Shown: one piece after another, positions 35,121-38,513 of the stretch
Layout: every line of letters begins with the position of its first letter
Numbering within the stretch: the first letter of the stretch is position 1
Position numbers and translations under genes: made by a program
Source of the DNA: an uncultured Gammaproteobacteria bacterium
GTDB taxonomy: Bacteria; Patescibacteriota; Patescibacteriia; Magasanikbacterales; UBA922
DNA: 38,513 nucleotides
Assembly: GCA_964457885.1 (NCBI GenBank)
Contig: CAYWFD010000001.1
Span: forward strand, 1 to 38,513
Direction: 5' to 3'
The notes under the pieces: generated by a model
Database searches by the model: none
What the model was told of the DNA's origin: nothing
The model's input: the letters and a program-made list of their open reading frames with translations, nothing else

Positions 35121-35582
35121 ATGGCGAATGGAAAAGTAGTGGCAATCTGTATCTCTCCGGTTGCAGGAGGTCCTATGCAACTGGTCAATGAAGTCCGGGC
35201 GTTCGAAGGTATGGGTCTTCAAGGAGATCGGTACTGTACAGGTCAAGGTAGCTTCAACAAGGGTAATCAAGGACGTAGACAGGTCACGTTCATCAATGGG
35301 ATCTTCTTCAAGGACACGGGCTTCGAGTACGTCGATAGCCGACGGAACATCGTCGTCGAAGGTGTCGAACTCATCTGGCTCATTGGGAAGTACTTCTCGA
35401 TCGATGACGCCAAGTTCCTCGGCGTGAAGTACTGTGATCCTTGTGATCGACCGAGCAAGCTCTCGGGCAAGCCGGGGTTCAAGGAAGCCTTCTACGATCG
35501 TGGTGGTCTAGTTGCCGAAGTGTTCTGCACCGGACTCATCCGAGTCGGAGACGAGGTCATCCCGCCTTCCAAAGGCTACTGA
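35121..35582 (+). CDS. MOSC domain-containing protein
   Basis: GLQGDRY, RQVTFI and KYCDPCDRP (conserved Cys region) in 153 aa. GC is about 52-55% in two hand-counted lines. Confidence 0.75.
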   Translation: MANGKVVAICISPVAGGPMQLVNEVRAFEGMGLQGDRYCTGQGSFNKGNQGRRQVTFINGIFFKDTGFEYVDSRRNIVVEGVELIWLIGKYFSIDDAKFLGVKYCDPCDRPSKLSGKPGFKEAFYDRGGLVAEVFCTGLIRVGDEVIPPSKGY

Positions 35583-35601
35583 GCACTATGCTCGCATTCG
35601 C

Positions 35602-35639
35602 CGACCGTCCCAGAGCATCTGTGGACGGTCGTGCTTTTT
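35602..35639 (+). terminator. intrinsic terminator after the MOSC gene
   Basis: CGACCGTCC (35602..35610) pairs with GGACGGTCG (35623..35631), with extra CAGA/TCTG pairs inside, followed by TGCTTTTT. Confidence 0.7.
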
Positions 35640-35662
35640 ATGGGATATACTGATTTCAATCT

Positions 35663-36130
35663 ATGAAAGAAAATAATGTCTTGAGAATTATGGAATTTAT
35701 AATCCACGTCAATACGCTTATAACTAACAGTGAGAATCAAATACTTCTAGTACATGAAAAGAAAGAAAAGGTTTTTAATAAACTTAATCTTCCGGGTGGT
35801 CATTTAGAATCTGGAGAGAAAATAATTGAGGGCGCTAAACGTGAAGTCATGGAAGAAGTGGGTGTGGAAGTTGAAATGCTAGATCTGATTGGAATATATA
35901 CAGGTGTAGGTACTAGTCATTATATCAACTTTATTTTTGCCGCGAATATTGGCAATGCTGTTCCTGTTGTAAATAAAAATGAAATCAATGATCTGGGATG
36001 GTATTCATGTGATGAAATTTTGAATATGCCAGATGAAAAAATACTTAATCCTCGTAAACTAAGAAAAGTAATTAGTGATTATCTATCAGGAAATGTGGGT
36101 TCTCTAAGTATGATTAGTGAAGATATATAA
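35663..36130 (+). CDS. NUDIX hydrolase
   Basis: A complete Nudix box is present: GGHLESGEKIIEGAKREVMEEVGVEV (G-x5-E-x7-REVxEExGV). Confidence 0.85.
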   Translation: MKENNVLRIMEFIIHVNTLITNSENQILLVHEKKEKVFNKLNLPGGHLESGEKIIEGAKREVMEEVGVEVEMLDLIGIYTGVGTSHYINFIFAANIGNAVPVVNKNEINDLGWYSCDEILNMPDEKILNPRKLRKVISDYLSGNVGSLSMISEDI

Positions 36131-36151
36131 CCAAATTAATCTGCAGCTATT

Positions 36152-36364
36152 ATGAATGTTAGCCTAAAAAAAGATAAATTCAGAAGGGATAGGGGAGGAA
36201 GTTCTCGCTTTCTTACTATTATATGTACGATTTGCAAATCAATACTTGCACAGTATCAGAAAGACGGCCCGGGAGAATTAAAGCGAATGTACCTTGATCG
36301 TATTTCCAATTCTATTTTGATAGAAAAAGGAAAAAATTATTGCTGCCCCAAATGTGAACAGTAG
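36152..36364 (+). CDS. small zinc-ribbon protein (70 aa), unknown function
   Basis: There are two CxxC pairs (CTICKS ... CPKCEQ). It starts 21 nt after the NUDIX stop and has the same AT-rich composition. Confidence 0.4.
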   Translation: MNVSLKKDKFRRDRGGSSRFLTIICTICKSILAQYQKDGPGELKRMYLDRISNSILIEKGKNYCCPKCEQ

Positions 36365-36479
36365 TCGGTATATTTTTTATATACAAAAAAGAAACGAGGC
36401 CCGCAATAAGAATAAATAGGGGATCAATACTTAAGAAGATGACTAAATGAGTGTTCAAAAAAGAGAAAATTTCTTATAT

Positions 36480-36505
36480 AAAAAACACCCGATGTGGGTG
36501 TTTTT
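36480..36505. terminator. bidirectional intrinsic terminator (AAAACACCC...GGGTGTTTT type)
   Basis: AAAAACACCC-gatgt-GGGTGTTTTT lies between the convergent zinc-ribbon gene and the M23 gene. Confidence 0.6.
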
Positions 36506-36668
36506 CTAATCATTCATCAATCAATCTAATCGAGACTAACTTATGAATGATCCTATCTGGCACCAATCACACGATTGCTCGTATGCTGATGCCAGATAGG
36601 GGAGATCTTCTTGACTCTCGAAAGTGTCGATCCAGTGGACCAGGCCATCTCTCAAGAGCATGTGAAGC

Positions 36669-38513
36669 TCATTGCGACGTGAACGAGAACTCGTTCAGGT
36701 ATTGCCAGGTCGTGCCCGTCTTCACGAAGAAGACGGCGCGCCAGGAACCGCTCGGCGGAGTATTGAACTCGGGGAAGAACCAACCAGTGCTACCCGACGG
36801 TGCAGAGTACGGACCGAAGTCCCAGCTCCAGTCGAGTGCCGTCCCGCGGTACATGTTGACCCGGAAACTGTGGGTCGAGGTAAGTCCAGTGACCGGGATG
36901 CGCCAGTAGTAGCGCGACCACGATTGCACTTGATTACCCCAGACTTTGTCCCAGCATTGCGGAACTCCCGTGCCGTCACGCTCGTTTTCGTAGTAGCCCC
37001 GGCAGAGTTCCATGCCGCCGTTGTAGGGGTAGGATCCTGAAGGATTCGCTGCGACCGTGAATGTGATGTTGTCCTTGAGAACTTGCCAGCCATTGCCGAT
37101 GTCGATGTCAATCGTGGCTTTCCAGCTTCCTGACGGAGGGTACCAGAGAGTCGGCCAGGTGTAGGCCGATCCCCAAGCTTGTCCTGAAGGAATGATGTTC
37201 CAGCCAGTCTGATCGATCGAATACGGAGTAGGTGAACCGTTGAGGAAGAACCTGCCACGCCACTTGTGCGAGACAGTGATGTTATTCACGTGCACGAGCA
37301 CGCGAATTGCCTCACTCGTGTTGAACGTGGTTTTCGGTCCCGGGCACGTGTACACCCAGTTCGTGCTTTCGCCACCCGTGGGATTATTCGCACACCGCGT
37401 GACATTGCCGTCGTAGGTGTACGGCGGACCTGCGTTCACGGTGAAGGAAACGATTCCTACGTCGTAGTCGATCGGATGGTAGAAGTCGAACTTCTTTTCG
37501 ACGTCGTAGTGAACTTCGTAGGTGCCCGGGACATTTGCCTGGGTTTGATTCCAAGCAAACGCGTGCACCCACATCTGTCCCGAAGGAACTTCATTCCAGC
37601 TACCCTGAGTCCAGGAGCTGATCTGTTGTCCGTTTCGGAACGTGCGAGTTCTGAAACGATGTGATGTTGTGACATTGTCGATCCGGAAGAGCGACCAGAC
37701 CGTGTCACCTTGCTGATACACCTGTTCCGGGTTGTTGCAGGTGTAGATCCAGTTGGTGTTCGCACCACCGGTAACTCCATCTTTGCAGTGGTAGGCATTC
37801 CCATTGTATTGGTACGGGTAGCCCGGATACTGCTGATTACCTCCTTGAACGATGAAGCTTAGAGTTGTAAGTGGTAGGAATCCGTCACCCGTATCTGCGA
37901 ACGTCCGCAACTCCCAGTCTCCCGCCCACACATTTCTAAACTCCGGATTGAAGTAGGTGTAACCCCATACATTTGGCTCGACCTGACGCTCGGTCGGCTC
38001 TTGCCATGCCCAGTCATAGTCGAGCTCGCCGACTCGCCATGCTTCGACGCGGAACGTGATGTTCTGACTGATTTGAGTCAGGCGAATGACCGAGAAAACA
38101 TCCTCGCCTTCATAGAAGATGGTTTCGCGATCGTTGCAACTGTACACCCAGTTGGTCGTTGGTCCGCCGATGGGAGGGTCACTACACGTGTACGCATTTG
38201 TAGTGTTATTGTCGAAAAGGTACGGTGGGTAGTTGTTCGAGATGTACTTCTGTCCGGTTGTTGTAGTGACGGTTAGTGTGTTGACGCCCGAGATCGGAGT
38301 CGGGGCAACACTCATTCCGTTGTAGTAGAGAACGAAGTGAATGTGTGAACCCGCGTGCGGACAGCTACTGGACGTGATGATATGTCCAGTGTTACCCGCC
38401 TTACCGATCTGCTGACCCTGGCTGACGTACTGACCTGGTGTCGCAGTAATCTCGCTGAGATGTGCGTACCGAGTTTTCCATCCACCTCCGTGATTCACGA
38501 AGAGGTTGATGCC
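36669..38513 (-). CDS. M23 family metallopeptidase (C-terminal half of the catalytic domain in view) followed by four tandem domains of about 120 aa of unknown family; the 5' end lies beyond the right edge
   Basis: The frame is open to the window edge (GINLFVNHGGGWKTRYAHLSEI...GQQIGKAGNTG...GSHIHFVLYYNG is the M23 HxH half). The track start at 38498 is an internal GTG. GC is about 60% in a hand-counted line. Confidence 0.8.
   Translation of the reverse strand, partial: GINLFVNHGGGWKTRYAHLSEITATPGQYVSQGQQIGKAGNTGHIITSSSCPHAGSHIHFVLYYNGMSVAPTPISGVNTLTVTTTTGQKYISNNYPPYLFDNNTTNAYTCSDPPIGGPTTNWVYSCNDRETIFYEGEDVFSVIRLTQISQNITFRVEAWRVGELDYDWAWQEPTERQVEPNVWGYTYFNPEFRNVWAGDWELRTFADTGDGFLPLTTLSFIVQGGNQQYPGYPYQYNGNAYHCKDGVTGGANTNWIYTCNNPEQVYQQGDTVWSLFRIDNVTTSHRFRTRTFRNGQQISSWTQGSWNEVPSGQMWVHAFAWNQTQANVPGTYEVHYDVEKKFDFYHPIDYDVGIVSFTVNAGPPYTYDGNVTRCANNPTGGESTNWVYTCPGPKTTFNTSEAIRVLVHVNNITVSHKWRGRFFLNGSPTPYSIDQTGWNIIPSGQAWGSAYTWPTLWYPPSGSWKATIDIDIGNGWQVLKDNITFTVAANPSGSYPYNGGMELCRGYYENERDGTGVPQCWDKVWGNQVQSWSRYYWRIPVTGLTSTHSFRVNMYRGTALDWSWDFGPYSAPSGSTGWFFPEFNTPPSGSWRAVFFVKTGTTWQYLNEFSFTSQ
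36678..38231 (-). repeat. four tandem protein-level repeats (about 37845..38231, 37434..37826, 37050..37427, 36678..37034)
   Basis: Each unit starts (Y/P)PY.(F/Y).(G/N)N...C....(I/T)GG..TNW(V/I)Y(S/T)C, has a mid motif (I/V)(T/S)(V/T)SH(K/R/S)(W/F)R, then PSG(Q/S)(A/M/S)W, and ends (S/T)F(I/T)V. The fourth unit is more divergent (MELCRGYY...VPQCW). Confidence 0.7.

Noticed and set aside
36362-36409. Read-through of the TAG stop of the zinc-ribbon gene
   Set aside because: Continuing in frame adds only 14 residues (SVYFLYTKKKRGPQ) before a TAA. There is no sign of a longer conserved C-terminus.
36547-38276. Multiple overlapping ORFs on both strands inside the M23 gene (36547..36909, 36672..37040, 37266..37664 and 38001..38276 on +; 36722..37258, 37384..37572 and 37457..37804 on -)
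   Set aside because: These are GC-rich shadow frames with Arg/Pro/Ser-rich translations. Only the 36669..38513 minus frame shows peptidase motifs and a coherent four-fold repeat.

Overview
The window is 38.5 kb, almost fully coding and mostly on the + strand. All calls rest on reading the supplied translations and the DNA by eye; no searches or folding were run. Tight gene spacing and gene content suggest a small-genome uncultivated bacterium, possibly CPR/Patescibacteria-like, but this is inference only. The standard genetic code applies, since TGA is used as a stop. Left part (1-18.1 kb): housekeeping genes. These are ppa (partial, not in the ORF track), yebC, ruvC, and a lower-glycolysis block gap-pgk-[SIMPL protein]-eno-gpmI-gpmI with no tpiA. 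They are followed by a DHH-family protein with eroded catalytic motifs, then valS, a Trx-like CPHC protein, tyrS-argS (ATGA-coupled) and a VKOR homologue. Middle (18.1-26.4 kb): an AT-rich, terminator-delimited, tightly packed cassette of a Glu/Leu/Phe/Val-type dehydrogenase, an Acg-type nitroreductase, a ThiF/E1-like adenylyltransferase, a PaaK/F390-synthetase-like ligase and a 7TM histidine kinase. After it come a bactofilin, a DAGK/YegS-like protein and RNase P RNA. Right part (26.4-38.5 kb): a MacA/MacB-like tripartite ABC exporter, then DoxX and MBL-fold genes. This is followed by a compositional mosaic in which GC-rich pieces alternate with about 30% GC genes. The GC-rich pieces are a chimeric sigma-70/M23 pseudogene, a MOSC gene, and an M23 peptidase carrying four tandem Cys-containing repeats. 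The two strongest candidates for something undescribed are (1) a complete histidine-phosphatase (PGAM-type) domain inserted in-frame inside ValRS and (2) the dehydrogenase/nitroreductase/E1-like/ligase cassette. No CRISPR array, tRNA, rRNA, transposase or integrase was recognised.
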